Positions 40,201 through 50,835 of a DNA stretch of 64,000 nucleotides are shown here, piece by piece. The notes under the pieces were generated by a model. That model saw only the letters and a list, made by a program, of their open reading frames with translations, had not been told where the DNA came from and ran no database searches. The stretch is from Tubiluchus corallicola (Eukaryota > Animalia > Priapulida). The stretch spans positions 186,001-250,000 of the forward strand of contig JAQGDQ010000053.1 of assembly GCA_030141605.1 (NCBI GenBank). Reading direction: 5' to 3'. The position numbers were made by a program, and so were the translations under genes. Each line of letters opens with the position of its first letter. The stretch's first letter is position 1.

Positions 40201-41637
40201 TTCTACAGGCACTGACTGGCTATTCTCAATCACTTTGGGAAGCATTGGTATTTGCTCATTTAGCATAAGCCCACCAGAATGTGTTATTACATGGATTTTT
40301 TCAGAGGTAGCATTCGATTGTACAACAGCCTTTGTTGAAATCTGCTCTGTTGTCAAGCTACTGACACTCAGTGACTTATGACCCAACTTCGCGAGAGCAT
40401 CATTACAGATCCTTGATGACTTAGCAGTAGTAATTTTTATACAAGGCGGGATTCTAGTATGATATGCTTTGTCTAATAACAAATTATCCACATCCACATC
40501 ATCCGCTTGTTCTGCAGATAAAATTTGTGATTTGTGATCAAATAAGGGAGTAAAACAAGGCTGGCTTTTATCGGTGTTGACATGTTTAAGGCATGCCAAT
40601 GTTGTTTGATTACTATTTCCAATTACACAAGGTTTATCAATATTGTCTACCAGATCATTTAGATTTAAACAAATAACTGCGCCATCACGTTTTACAAAAT
40701 CGATTGCAACATTTGACTCATCGCATGCAAATCGTTTTGAATTTGGTGTCATACTACTAGACCATTTTCGTTTCTTATGAGTCACACTGTTATTTAAACC
40801 TTTACAGCAAAAACTATTCCTTGGTATGAAATTTACATTTGTATCAACTCCATTATTAGCCTCACTAGCTGAAAGACTTATTAAATTGCAATCATTTGGC
40901 ACATTTTCTTGAGTTGTTTGTGTTCTAGCAGAACTAGTAACTCTGTGTGAGAATTTCTTTACAGACAAAAAATTTTTGTTCCGCAATGACTTTGGTAATA
41001 ATTCGGGTGTGTCCGGAATAACGCTGTCAGACACACTATCATCCAGAGAGTTATCGAACGTAGCCAGTGATGCAGCTGCCTTCTCTGAAGGCACCACTCT
41101 GATGGAAGCAGCAGTCCCAGTGTCAGTCTTTGGTTCACTAACTAGAACAGAAGTTGAAGCAGACTTTTTGTCGTCAATGAGAATGATTTCTGGTTCATCA
41201 ACCGATTTGACAACTTTAGCAGAGTTTCTAGCGCAATTTGTAATAAAATTCTTTTCACATGTCTCTCCAGCAATAAATCCGCAATTTTCAGACTTTTTAA
41301 TGCTGTTATTTGAAGGCTGGCCAACAGAATTTGGAGCAATCTACAAAAAAAATTGCCAGATCAAGACACCTCTCTAATCCAAGTTCTTTATTTACTTCAT
41401 AATGTCTGTCAGAATTACAGATAGCCTTGGAGGTTGAACAATCAAATACATCACAAAAATTCAAATCTTCTCGAAAGACGGCAATCTTCAAAATTATGTA
41501 TACATATTTACAGTTATTGCTTGTCATGCTTATGAACCTATTGTACTGACTTTTCTAATTTGCTTACCCAGTAATATGAAAGTAGTGAAACAACTTACAC
41601 TGAAGAATGTAGAAATTGCTGGCTGAGACTTGTCCAT
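13238..41637 (-). CDS. DNA2: DNA replication ATP-dependent helicase/nuclease DNA2, 22 coding exons, about 1686 aa
   Basis: Phase-consistent GT-AG exons: 41637-41599, 41340-39354, 39137-38980, 34754-34597, 33954-33841, 33279-33159, 32626-32499, 32359-32221, 32007-31890, 31666-31483, 30419-30234, 29405-29289, 29137-29000, 21514-21392, 20990-20858, 19252-19088, 18449-18321, 18207-18014, 16939-16675, 14782-14690, 14373-14197, 13432-13238 (5061 nt). Nuclease motifs [46 protein letters not shown]; Fe-S cysteines [10 protein letters not shown]; helicase motifs [41 protein letters not shown]. The start codon and first exon are less certain than the core. Confidence 0.95.
14085..14130 (+). mobile_element. 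Terminal fragment of the MITE family seen at 42042-42894
   Basis: taggggtgagcatcga matches the left end of 42042-42894. Confidence 0.5.
14900..16140 (+). mobile_element. Degenerate 5'-truncated RTE-clade LINE (RT domain and C-terminus), antisense in a DNA2 intron
   Basis: Frameshifted RT motifs [61 protein letters not shown]; ends in gaagaacaagaa. Left boundary approximate. Confidence 0.85.
21979..22034 (+). repeat. 56-bp direct repeat, left copy, flanking the Gmr1-like element
   Basis: ttcacatccatcttttatgaccttagttgtaatattggcaacaataatagatgaag, repeated at 26458-26513 with 1 mismatch. Confidence 0.9.
22038..22334 (+). repeat. Inverted copy of the first 297 bp of the LTR
   Basis: Reverse complement of 26161-26457; I found a single mismatch (gttattcagg vs gttatgcagg). 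Confidence 0.92.
22279..23808 (-). pseudogene. Zinc knuckle - protease - truncated integrase ORF of the Gmr1-like element
   Basis: [14 protein letters not shown] (CCHC); [14 protein letters not shown] (aspartic protease with DTA in place of DTG); integrase [14 protein letters not shown]...CPVC and first catalytic Asp [34 protein letters not shown]; the frame then runs into the inverted LTR copy. Confidence 0.88.
23640..24911 (-). CDS. Retrotransposon Gag with SCAN-like capsid C-terminal domain (Gmr1 type)
   Basis: 423-aa ORF; YFRYLER...DW...[23 protein letters not shown]...W...[15 protein letters not shown]...AEKCDRY is the Gmr1/SCAN capsid pattern; N-terminal helical segment [13 protein letters not shown]...EQLVTAI. 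Confidence 0.85.
   Translation of the reverse strand: MEFVEFTQLQLQSLELEQLQGIARERGIKWERRSHEQLVTAIMGWQKVCNTKPSQPKVPDEDKILQAQGGGLHTEHSDKEAANDSLNDEEEPALQLAHSPLPSEYDFDLGLGRPPPAPPDFVQPVSPTINTQVGGLPKVDVTMYAAFDANKLQIILEHQRKQERDKQEYELELRKIEAGMQAPWTSTPAPQVGTTSDTAAAHRNLRIKYFGEDAESPDLAEYFRYLERCLVVNRIPKADWPCVVARALAGNARSLQAYNCVPQTDLQDYDRIKSRVLSFFSLTPDSYRQTFRKLTRKPDECYRAYITRVRNAGDLWLEAANVQTFEQGKELFYLEQALTGVPNDIAKWVKRNNWNNFDEVAEKCDRYECSEGGDLELTLSRTAEDIANSRNFHPETLKVPQLSSQFQTKKPGFLLGNVSIVVD
25247..25261 (-). other. Primer-binding site complementary to the tRNA-Leu 3' end
   Basis: TGGCAGCGGTGGGAT directly follows the LTR-terminal CA; it is complementary to ...AUCCCACCGCUGCCA of eukaryotic tRNA-Leu(AAG/TAG). 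Confidence 0.88.
25262..26457 (-). repeat. 5' LTR (~1.2 kb) of the Gmr1-like element
   Basis: TGTGATGG...CCGTCA termini, PBS immediately downstream, TATA-like GTATAAG at ~25811-25817 and AATAAA at 25448-25453 on the minus strand. Confidence 0.82.
26458..26513 (+). repeat. 56-bp direct repeat, right copy
   Basis: Matches 21979-22034 with 1 mismatch and abuts the terminal ACA. Confidence 0.9.
26947..27290 (+). mobile_element. tRNA-derived SINE
   Basis: Pol III A box tagctcagtgat (26959-26970) and B box ggttcaactcc (27002-27012), no acceptor-stem pairing, followed by a non-tRNA body (catactaaagacttaaaaatggta) and an A-rich end; right boundary approximate. Confidence 0.7.
35388..35690. repeat. 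Degenerate ~15-bp tandem array (ggaaaatttggtaca-like), probably transposon-derived
   Basis: Repeated units such as ggaaaaatttggtata, ggtaaatttggtccta and ggaaagtttggtatta. Confidence 0.55.
37713..38180 (+). mobile_element. Degenerate Ty3/gypsy gag relic
   Basis: Frameshifted peptides [63 protein letters not shown] and DIARASE resemble the gypsy gag pattern. Confidence 0.65.
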
Positions 41638-42041
41638 AATGTGCTTCTTAGACTAAGGTATTAAAAAACAAATATTAAACAAGTATAATTTCTAAACATA
41701 CAGAGAAAGCATGATAACCAATGATCAGATATGAAATGATAGACATATATTTTTTAATGGTTATGTTATTTTAGTTTTGTAATTGTGATCTGTGTACTTT
41801 ACAAAGTTAGAACTTCATAATTTGGTAAGTAAAAACACAAATAATGTAGGTCTTACATGAATCCCACGCCGACTGAATCCGTACAAGCCCTAGTGTTCTC
41901 TCTTGAGCGAATATATATATATATATATAGCACCTAATTAACAATGTTTTGATCCTGGCAAAGCGACTTCTGAATTGAATTCTGTTATTCAGGTATGTAC
42001 TTTAAAGATTCACCTCACAACGGGTTAAGAAACATGTAAAC

Positions 42042-42894
42042 TAGGGGTGAGCATCGAACACTCAAATTCGATTTGAACATGTTTTTTATTCAAATTCAAT
42101 TCGAACCTCAAATATATGAATTCGAATAATTAAACAGCCCAAATGCTTCTTATTTTCATCTTTAAAACATTTGAAATATCATGCAGTCAGGATAATTTAG
42201 CTGCAATTCTTCTGTGCAATTTTTTTTAACAAGTTGGTACTAGTTTTTACGATAGAACAAAAGCAATAACGCGTGATCTTTGCCGTTGTAAAATGAAAAT
42301 AAGTAGAGAGAGCGGCAATTATTAAGTTTCTATTTACGATGGTCTGCACTCTGCATAGAACATGTCATATTATAGTCATTTAGAAAATATTTACCTGGTT
42401 AACATGGCTTGTAAAAGAAAGTAATTATTTTGTTATCTTTCAGTTCACTGCATCATCAGAGGCAGCACGCAAGACATGCAATAAAATATGAAATTTAAAA
42501 CAAGGAAAACAACAACTAGGTTGATCTCAAATACATCTCTTGAAAACATTAAGTAAAAGTACATTCCTTACGTTGCTACGTGTGCCAAACTGTTTTTACT
42601 GTGATTCTTAATTTTATTTATACAAATCAATTATGATAGTCTTAGTGGTAAATTAATGACTTAAATTAGTGTACATGCACAATCTTCATCATCTCACAAT
42701 TAAACTGAGTTTTCCGCTTTTTTGGCACGATATGATTTTTATACCTGGCTCAAAATTTACTTAAACATCTTTAACAGTGAATTTGATTCAAAATTTTGAA
42801 AATCGATGAACTAGTTAAATTTTGAAAATGTTTTGAATTCGAAAGCAAAAAAAATCGATTCAATTCAAATTCTATTAGTGTTTGCTCACCCTTA
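42042..42894. mobile_element. hAT-type MITE
   Basis: TIRs taggggtgagca / tgctcaccctta, subterminal ttcga(a) repeats, near-TSD atgtaaac / atgaaac; second end fragment at 14085. Confidence 0.7.
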
Positions 42895-45523
42895 ATGAAA
42901 CTTCATGCGGGTAGGGTCGTGTCGAAAATTTTGCTCCCCCTTTGTTTCAAATGCTACGACTCTACTAAATACTCATCAACTCGTTCAGACTCGCAGATTT
43001 TTTTAGATTTCAAAAAATGCTTTTGTATATATTATAGTACCAATCTACATTCATTTCATGTGATTTTAATTTAACTAGTGTGCATTTCATTTCGATTTTG
43101 CTTGGATCATTTAATTTATAGTCTGTTTTAGTGTGATTTTATTAATTACGAATTTAAACTATAAAACACAGCCTCACACAACTATAATTAATCTACGTTC
43201 TAATACATTAAAAACTCGGAAGAACAAGGAAAAGATGAAAAAAATTTAAAAAGTTATAATTAATAATTAATAAATAAAATTATAATTAATATTTAATTTC
43301 ATAATTAAATTACTTATGTAAATTACATTAATAATTAAAACTTTAAAGAAAAACTTAACAGCAAGTGCAACTTTGGCACAAAAATCCAAATATTTTTAGC
43401 AGGCATCAAAAGGCCATAGATAAAAGTGATTTATATTGTTTTCAATGCGCCCGTTTGTTAGCCCTGCGTTATGCGTTGTTTTTTCTGCAGCTATTTCATA
43501 TTGACTTTTATTCCGCAGCTGTTCTGCAGGTGGATAATGTATAATGCATTCTGGATGCCACAATAATGCCACTTAAGGCTTTCGATTTCATTAATTTGAT
43601 ATTTCCTATATACAGAAAAAAGTAAATTTACATCGAGCCACATTGTATTATAGTGCTTGTCGCTTCGCGCCTGCCATTTTGAATTTAGAATCACCTGTTG
43701 TTACTGCACCTCCCACTAATCAAAGTCATCCTTGCAAACTGCTTAATTGCTACTGATTTTCAGATTCGCCCACCGGACAAGCAAAATTTCGGCATTCAAA
43801 AAGCAAATAAGTAAAATCCCTAACTAATGAATGACTTAGTAAACGCACAAAATAACTTGAAAAATAAAATGTAGAAAAAAGAAAATAGTTTTTCTTTTAA
43901 ATTATTGACTTTTCTTTCTGAAATTTTCCCAGTCACTAATGCCACAACACTGCTATTATTGGAAGAGAATCAGGCGCACTTCCTTTTTTGACAATCTGTA
44001 ACATTTTTAGCCAATCGCATTGCTACTCACATACTGAACCCATGATACTGTTTCAGGTGTGCTTGATCATGTTTGTTGGTCAATGAAAAGCCTTTCATAG
44101 CCTCTATGGTTTCATGTACCAACTACGTACTTACAGTCTTACACAGTGCTGCCGTAATCATTTCTCATTGTTGGAATTACAATGCAATCTATTGTATATA
44201 CATTAAAATTGGGTAAACACTTTTAAACAATGAATTACTAGACTAGTTCAGTACAGTTAATATTATTTTAGAAATGAACAGAAATTGTTGACAAATTATT
44301 CATTTTGGCCTTTTTAGGCCCTAGCTACTCATCTCACTTTTCAGTTTTGATTTTAGCATGAATCCAAACCTTACTGGGATCAACCCCACCAACTATCAGA
44401 ATTAAGAACTGCAATATTTTAATATACAGTGTATACTTATTGGTATGGAATATACTATCAAAGGTGAGCAGCTTTAACATTCATTATACTCTTCCCTGCC
44501 TTATGACAGAATAGCTAGATCACAAGACTAACAAATTCATATAGTTTAATACATCAGGTCACACAAGGTCATTGTATATATGCAGTGTTAATACATCAGA
44601 ATCACATAAGGTCATCATAGTTTTCCAGTGAGGTAGTTATTAGATCTACAAGAAAGAAAAATTTTAAAAGCGCAACTGCTCAACTCAAAAATTCTGGGGA
44701 GTTTTTTGTAGCTCCCCTGGATATTTCAAAACATAAATACTGTGTGCTAATAACCTTAGCTACCCAGCATGCAAAATATCTGACTAAGTTACAGTAAGCA
44801 AATTTTTTGAGCTCTTCTTGCGGAATTCCACTTACAACGAATTGAAAATTTTCCCAGTAATTTTAAAAATACAAAAAGCAAGCAAATAAACAAAAAAATC
44901 TTTAAACTACTACAATTACCTATACAAAAGTTTGCACATACCAGTTTTTTTGATTTTGAGTGCACCATTATTGTCTCTGTTCAAGTACCTGCCAATCCAA
45001 TGTCTTTCATGCTGGAATAGACAAATTAGTATCAATTAATTTACAAAAAAAGTTACAAACACCATTAAATTTTATTTATTTTTCATAGACTAGTGGTATA
45101 GATACCAGGCAGCCTAGAAAAATATAATTGCTTTGATAAATTGCTCAGATGCTGTGCTGCGCGATCCACAGTGCTGAGGAATGTCGTGTCATGGACAAGT
45201 TCCAAGCTGGATGCAGTCTTGGATGCTTCCGAAAATAAAACAAAGAAGCTTTTTGTTCGCTACCTGTCATTCATGAATCAATTGTTTTGATATTTGAGCT
45301 TCCACAATTATCTACATGCAAATTTGGTGCTGAAAGCAAAAAAATTGATTGTTACTTTTTAGAATCGTTTGATTGTAAAGGTGGGAGTGCTAGATTGGTG
45401 CTTCAATTTTGCCCTAAGTTCAAAAACCTAATCTTTGTGTTCAGACCCAAATAAACATGAAATTATTAGTTTTAATTTTTTCTACACAGCTGTCATATTT
45501 ATCTGAAGAAAACAAGCAGAGTT

Positions 45524-47945
45524 TAGTAGTAGTAGTAGTAGTAGTAAATCTCCAGTAGTTATAATATAACTTTTGAGACAAATAGTTCTTCGACTGTAAT
45601 TGCGACAAATTGCACATTTAATAGATTGTCATCAACACCTAGGTGACTCCACTGGCAAGTTTTCTCACTATAATATGTAATCCAGCATCCTTGTTATAGG
45701 CATGTTCCAATTAGCACGGTGATTAAATTTCAATGGATGATGTTCATAGTGTCTATCTAATTTTGATTTAAATAAATTTACAGATGTTGCTGTTCTCACA
45801 TCACAGGGCAATCTATTCCAGATTTCTGGCATCGTACAAGAAAAATAGTCGTATTTACCAGTTTTGTGTGCAGTTCTTGATTTATGAAGAATAGGACCTG
45901 ATCTTGCTGTACGATGTACTTCTAATTTAACAGGACAATCATCACAGCTGTAAACTCCAGATACATATTTGTATACATCAATTAGTTGGCCACGTAAACG
46001 TCTAAAAGCTAATGTAGTTAAACCTATTCGTTTTAACTGACTTTCATACGTCAAGTTCATTAGTTCCGGTAACATGTTGAAAGCTCTCATTTGGACAGTT
46101 TCGACTGGGTCCACTATATATGCCCTAGGACTATTCCAAATACTACTTCCATACTCCACTTTTGATCGCACAAGTGCCACATATAGAAGCTTGAAAGTTT
46201 GCAGATCTAGGTACTTGAAATTCCTCCTTATTAAAGCATTGTTTCGTTTGGCACTCTTTATGATTTCTGCTATGTGATCTTTAAAATTTAGTTTATTATC
46301 AAGTAATAATCCAAGGTCTTTCTCACAAGCACTAAAGTCCAATTCTGCCGGAATGCCACTTGCATCATACATTTTGTATTTATATTCATATCCTGCTCCC
46401 ACAGATATAACCTTACACTTGTTGGGATGGAACTGCATACCATTTTCAACTGCCCAATCACAGAGCCCTTCTAGATCCAATTGAAGATCATTACAGCTGG
46501 TAAAAGAATCAGATTCAGACCAGATTTTGCTGTCGTCGGCAAAAAGACGAAGAGAATTACTCACACAACTAGGCAAGTCATTTATAAATACCACAAATAA
46601 ACACGGACCTAATACCGAATCTTGCGGTACACCACTAGTAATCAAGGACTCAGTCGATTTGTAACCATCAACACACGTACATTGACTTCTATTTTCTAAG
46701 AAGTTTACTATCCACTGTAAAACTGAACCAGTTATACCACAATTTTTAAGTTTTGCAAACAGAAAGTGATGAGGTACAACATCAAACGCCTTTTTCAGGT
46801 CCAGTAGTATTATGTCAAAAGGCTTATTAGCATCTTTTAACTCAAACCATGCATCGTAACATTGTAACAGTTGGGTAACCGTTGTTCTACCCTTAACAAA
46901 CCCATGTTGTTCTTCACAAATAATGTTGTATCTTATCAGATGGTTCATTATATGTTTCCGCATGATTTTTTCTGTCACCTTATTAATTGTATTTAGTAAG
47001 CTAACTGGCCTGTAGTTCGATGGATCTGACTTGTCCCCTTTTTTATGAATGGGAGTAACCTGTGCCACCTTCCATTGTCCAGGTAACTGACAATCAGCAA
47101 AAGACCTATCCAGTAAGGTGTATATAGGCTTAAAAAGCACAGTTCTACATTCATTTAAAATACGTGGATGGTAACTATCTGGAGCGGATTTGTTTACATT
47201 GAGATTTTGTAACTCATAAAGCACCTCTTCTTCAGTTATGGAAACATTGCTGATATCAGGATATTGTTGCACTGTAGTTACTTCATAGTCAGAAGCGTTG
47301 GGACTAAATACACTAATGAAAAAATCGTTCAAAATTTGTGCCTTCTCCTCTGAATCAGAGACAAGAATACCTTGGGAATTCTTCAGTGAATGAATTCTAG
47401 ACTTTGGCTTCCGAAGCGCATTGATATACTGCCAGAATGCCTTGGGATTACTCTTGCAATTACTTGCTAAAATACGTTCATATCTTTTTCTCGCAGTAGT
47501 TATAAGGTTTTTCACCACATTACGCCTTGCAGCATACCGTTCATAAGAAAGTTTTGTTCTTCGTCTCTTCCAGTCAAAAAACAACTTTTCTTTCTCCTTA
47601 ATACAGCCAAGCAACTGCTTAGTTAACCAAGGAGGCCGAGGTCGACTACTCTTATTACAAAAACTTGGATAGAAACTAGGCACATATTCATCAACAACTG
47701 ACATGTACACATTATGAAATTTTGTCCACATATCATCAAGAGTAAGATTACTATTTAAAACATTAATCCAATCAACTTGGCTAAATGCATTACACATACT
47801 GCTGAAATTAACTTTGTTTAAACACATCTTCTTCTGAGGTAGAATTTTGACTGGCAGTACATTTACATTCAAACTAAAATGCAAGCACACATGGTCACTA
47901 TTACCTAATGGTGAACTAGATCTCAAATATTTTACCAAATCATCA
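45524..47945 (-). mobile_element. 5'-truncated CR1-clade LINE with (CTA)n tail
   Basis: Contains the 756-aa ORF2 remnant, a ~120-nt 3' UTR and (TAG)7 at 45524-45546. Confidence 0.88.
45668..47938 (-). CDS. LINE ORF2 reverse transcriptase (end of the APE endonuclease plus RT), uninterrupted 756 aa
   Basis: PLGNSDH, NPKAFW, YRPVSLL, QHGF, LDLKKAFDVVPH, GVPQDSVLGP, LFADD, EKDLG, RRLRGQLIDVYK, WNRLP...SVNLFKSKLD. Confidence 0.9.
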   Translation of the reverse strand: MVKYLRSSSPLGNSDHVCLHFSLNVNVLPVKILPQKKMCLNKVNFSSMCNAFSQVDWINVLNSNLTLDDMWTKFHNVYMSVVDEYVPSFYPSFCNKSSRPRPPWLTKQLLGCIKEKEKLFFDWKRRRTKLSYERYAARRNVVKNLITTARKRYERILASNCKSNPKAFWQYINALRKPKSRIHSLKNSQGILVSDSEEKAQILNDFFISVFSPNASDYEVTTVQQYPDISNVSITEEEVLYELQNLNVNKSAPDSYHPRILNECRTVLFKPIYTLLDRSFADCQLPGQWKVAQVTPIHKKGDKSDPSNYRPVSLLNTINKVTEKIMRKHIMNHLIRYNIICEEQHGFVKGRTTVTQLLQCYDAWFELKDANKPFDIILLDLKKAFDVVPHHFLFAKLKNCGITGSVLQWIVNFLENRSQCTCVDGYKSTESLITSGVPQDSVLGPCLFVVFINDLPSCVSNSLRLFADDSKIWSESDSFTSCNDLQLDLEGLCDWAVENGMQFHPNKCKVISVGAGYEYKYKMYDASGIPAELDFSACEKDLGLLLDNKLNFKDHIAEIIKSAKRNNALIRRNFKYLDLQTFKLLYVALVRSKVEYGSSIWNSPRAYIVDPVETVQMRAFNMLPELMNLTYESQLKRIGLTTLAFRRLRGQLIDVYKYVSGVYSCDDCPVKLEVHRTARSGPILHKSRTAHKTGKYDYFSCTMPEIWNRLPCDVRTATSVNLFKSKLDRHYEHHPLKFNHRANWNMPITRMLDYIL

Positions 47946-48802
47946 GATATTTACAGTTTACAGATATTTACAATGATTAAGACAATTAAGTAGACTAGTT
48001 ACATTAAAACGATAATTTTGACCTATTACATACTAACAATAAATGGCCTAACCACGTTTTAGTAAGAAAATTAGTACATGACAGATGAAATGCATTTATA
48101 AGCCAGAACCTATATTATGACAAAACGATTATCTCAGCTTATCTTTGATAAGGAAATCTCCAGAATACAACATAGTGCTGGGCAGGCTGCAATGCTAGCT
48201 CAACCTAATTCTGTGTTGCTGTTACAAACATAACTTTAGTCTTAGACTTTAGGTTCAAACTGATATTGTGATAAGTCTGGGACAGTTGAAATATTAGTCA
48301 TTACCACAGATTTTCTGAAGCACTGGTACGTGAATGCAGCCTATATGTTTATTATCACCATTTCAAAATGATGTTGTAAAATAAATTTAAGGCAAATTAT
48401 ATAGCGACTTAATTAGCAATCAATACTTGTTAATTACATTTCACGTGCAGTAGTAACTTACTTAGTCCTATTCTGATTCATAATTTTTAATGAATGAACG
48501 TGTCCGGCGTTCTAGTAAGCAAATAACCCTCAATGACCATTGTTTTTCTCATTTATCACTTAGTTAGTTGCAAAACTTGCATAATTATTTAGAAAACAAT
48601 ATACCAACTGATAACAGGAACTTCGTTTTCGCGGGACTGGGCCACTAGGGCAGCGACACCTTTTTAAAAAAAGGGAAACAATTTGCACTTTTGCCCATAG
48701 ATGTGCAAACGCAGGTCAAACCTTCTCTTGAATTAGATTAGCTGTTCCTTCTGCTGGTCCTCTGAGTTTTCTATTAATTACTCCATTCTTTCCTGGAAAA
48801 CA

Positions 48803-49398
48803 CAGGGTCGTCGTAACACATGGACAGTTGCCGGGACGCCACGAACATAGGGTTTCATATTAATCAATGTATATTGTGACTTGCTGTCAACAGAATAATA
48901 AATTTTATGCTATATATTTTGTTACGACGTGGATATTGACGTTCGCCTCTGATTTAGTATTAAGGTAAATTCTGGAACCATAAATGCATGTGTTATGTAT
49001 GTGTACAGATCTTATGCACTACATAAAGCATTCTCTGCAAAGAAATTTCGAAAGTGTTTGTGTTGAACGCTTTATTAATAAAATTCATTGAAATTTCATA
49101 CTGTGCCCTTTCCGTCTGCACGGTTTACCAATTGAGTATCCTTTATAAGTTAAAATTTCGTGTTGATCAAGGCTCATGTTACATTGTTCACACGTTTGTG
49201 TTGATTAATCTTTGCGGTACAGCATAGATATTGCATTTTTAATGTTTAAACACTGCATGATTTTGATGGAAGTACCAATACATTAAAATTTGATGTTTAA
49301 TTTTGTCTACTACTTACATTTTTATTTCTGTGAATGGTTGTGTAGGTAGTGCACTGCTTTGTGCTGGAGCCAATAACACTAGCTGTTAAGATGGCCCT
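48803..49398. mobile_element. MITE with imperfect terminal inverted repeats
   Basis: cagggtcgtcgtaac ... gttaagatggcccta; no TSD recognised. Confidence 0.5.
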
Positions 49399-50734
49399 AT
49401 ATGTTCAATCCATATCAAAATGATGCCTTTTTTCTTGTCCAAGGTTCCTTTTTTCAAACAAATCTTTATTTGAAATTTTCTTTGGCAAACTGATACAAAA
49501 AATGCCTTCTGTAATTAATTTTCGCACTCAAAATGCATTAATGTCAGCTTCATAATTAAATTTTGCTTTTAATGTCCAGAGCTCAGATTTATGCAGAAAT
49601 ACAGTTTCAACTAAGGGTAGAGAGAATATTCTAATTTTTGTTTCCTAAGAAATCTTACTGTACTCAGATTTTCTTGCGAGTTTTGAAAATACTAACAAAG
49701 ATAAAGCCTGTCTTCAGATGTCTTATTCTATTGCAAGCAAACTACCAAGATATATAGGCCTATTACATGTTATGTGAAACTCTTCAGTTTTATTTTTGTT
49801 TAGCATGCGATACATTCTCTCCATCTTTCCCGCTTTAGAGCTTTTTATGTCGTCTAATTGTTATAGTAGCAGTACGTATTCACTGTTAGAGGTCAATTAA
49901 TATCATTATAATGGACTCCGACACGAACTCGATCCTCACCCTGTATGTTGATCGATCGTTTCACCCTCCCCTTATGAAGACTTCATTCTCGATCATTTGA
50001 AAATACTATACCTGATAATGTGACAATCTGGACTCCTTGACGAATCAATTTTTCCATGTCCAACTATGGAGCAGGCTTTTCTGGTGTGAACGTCCTAAAA
50101 TTAGTGGGCCCGACTGTCGACCATAATTTTGCAATTATATGGAGTTCCTAACTGGTCATCAAACCATCAAGTGCATATACTTTAGGGCATGATCGAGCTC
50201 TGACAACTCTTTATACAATTAATAATAACGGTATAACACCGTCTGAATTCAACAAACAAATAGGAACCTCCATTGTTCTCACCGGTCACTACTATGAGCA
50301 GGAACCAGTCCCGATCATCTGGGCGCAAACCTTTAATTACTAATGACTTTTAGATGTTTTACCTCCATGAACTTGTGACGTCTTACTCGTAAAAATAGTT
50401 AGTCAACTGTAGGAATATGTAGAATTCATATTACAGTTCAAATCTTAACAATTACTTAGATTATTATTCTCATTACCGGGGATGTGCACTTGTGTTTAAT
50501 AAATGTGTGGGAAAAGAATGAATGATTGACTATTCAATTCAATCTTAAATTATTCTTTCTGATTATAATTTTTCGTTGCATTATTCATTAAAAGAAAAAT
50601 TATTGATTTTAAAATTAAAATATAACATAATTCTTCTTCACATCCCCAGCGTACTGTATTGTGATAGTGGCTGACAGATTTTGTAGAGAGCTGCAACTAT
50701 GTTCTTGTCTTATTTCAGATGGATGGATGTTAAC

Positions 50735-50835
<101 letters not shown>

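Noticed and set aside
43650-43680. AAAATGGC start context as an alternative DNA2 first exon
   Set aside because: The frame closes after 9 codons and no donor site was found; it may be promoter or 5' UTR but this is unsupported.
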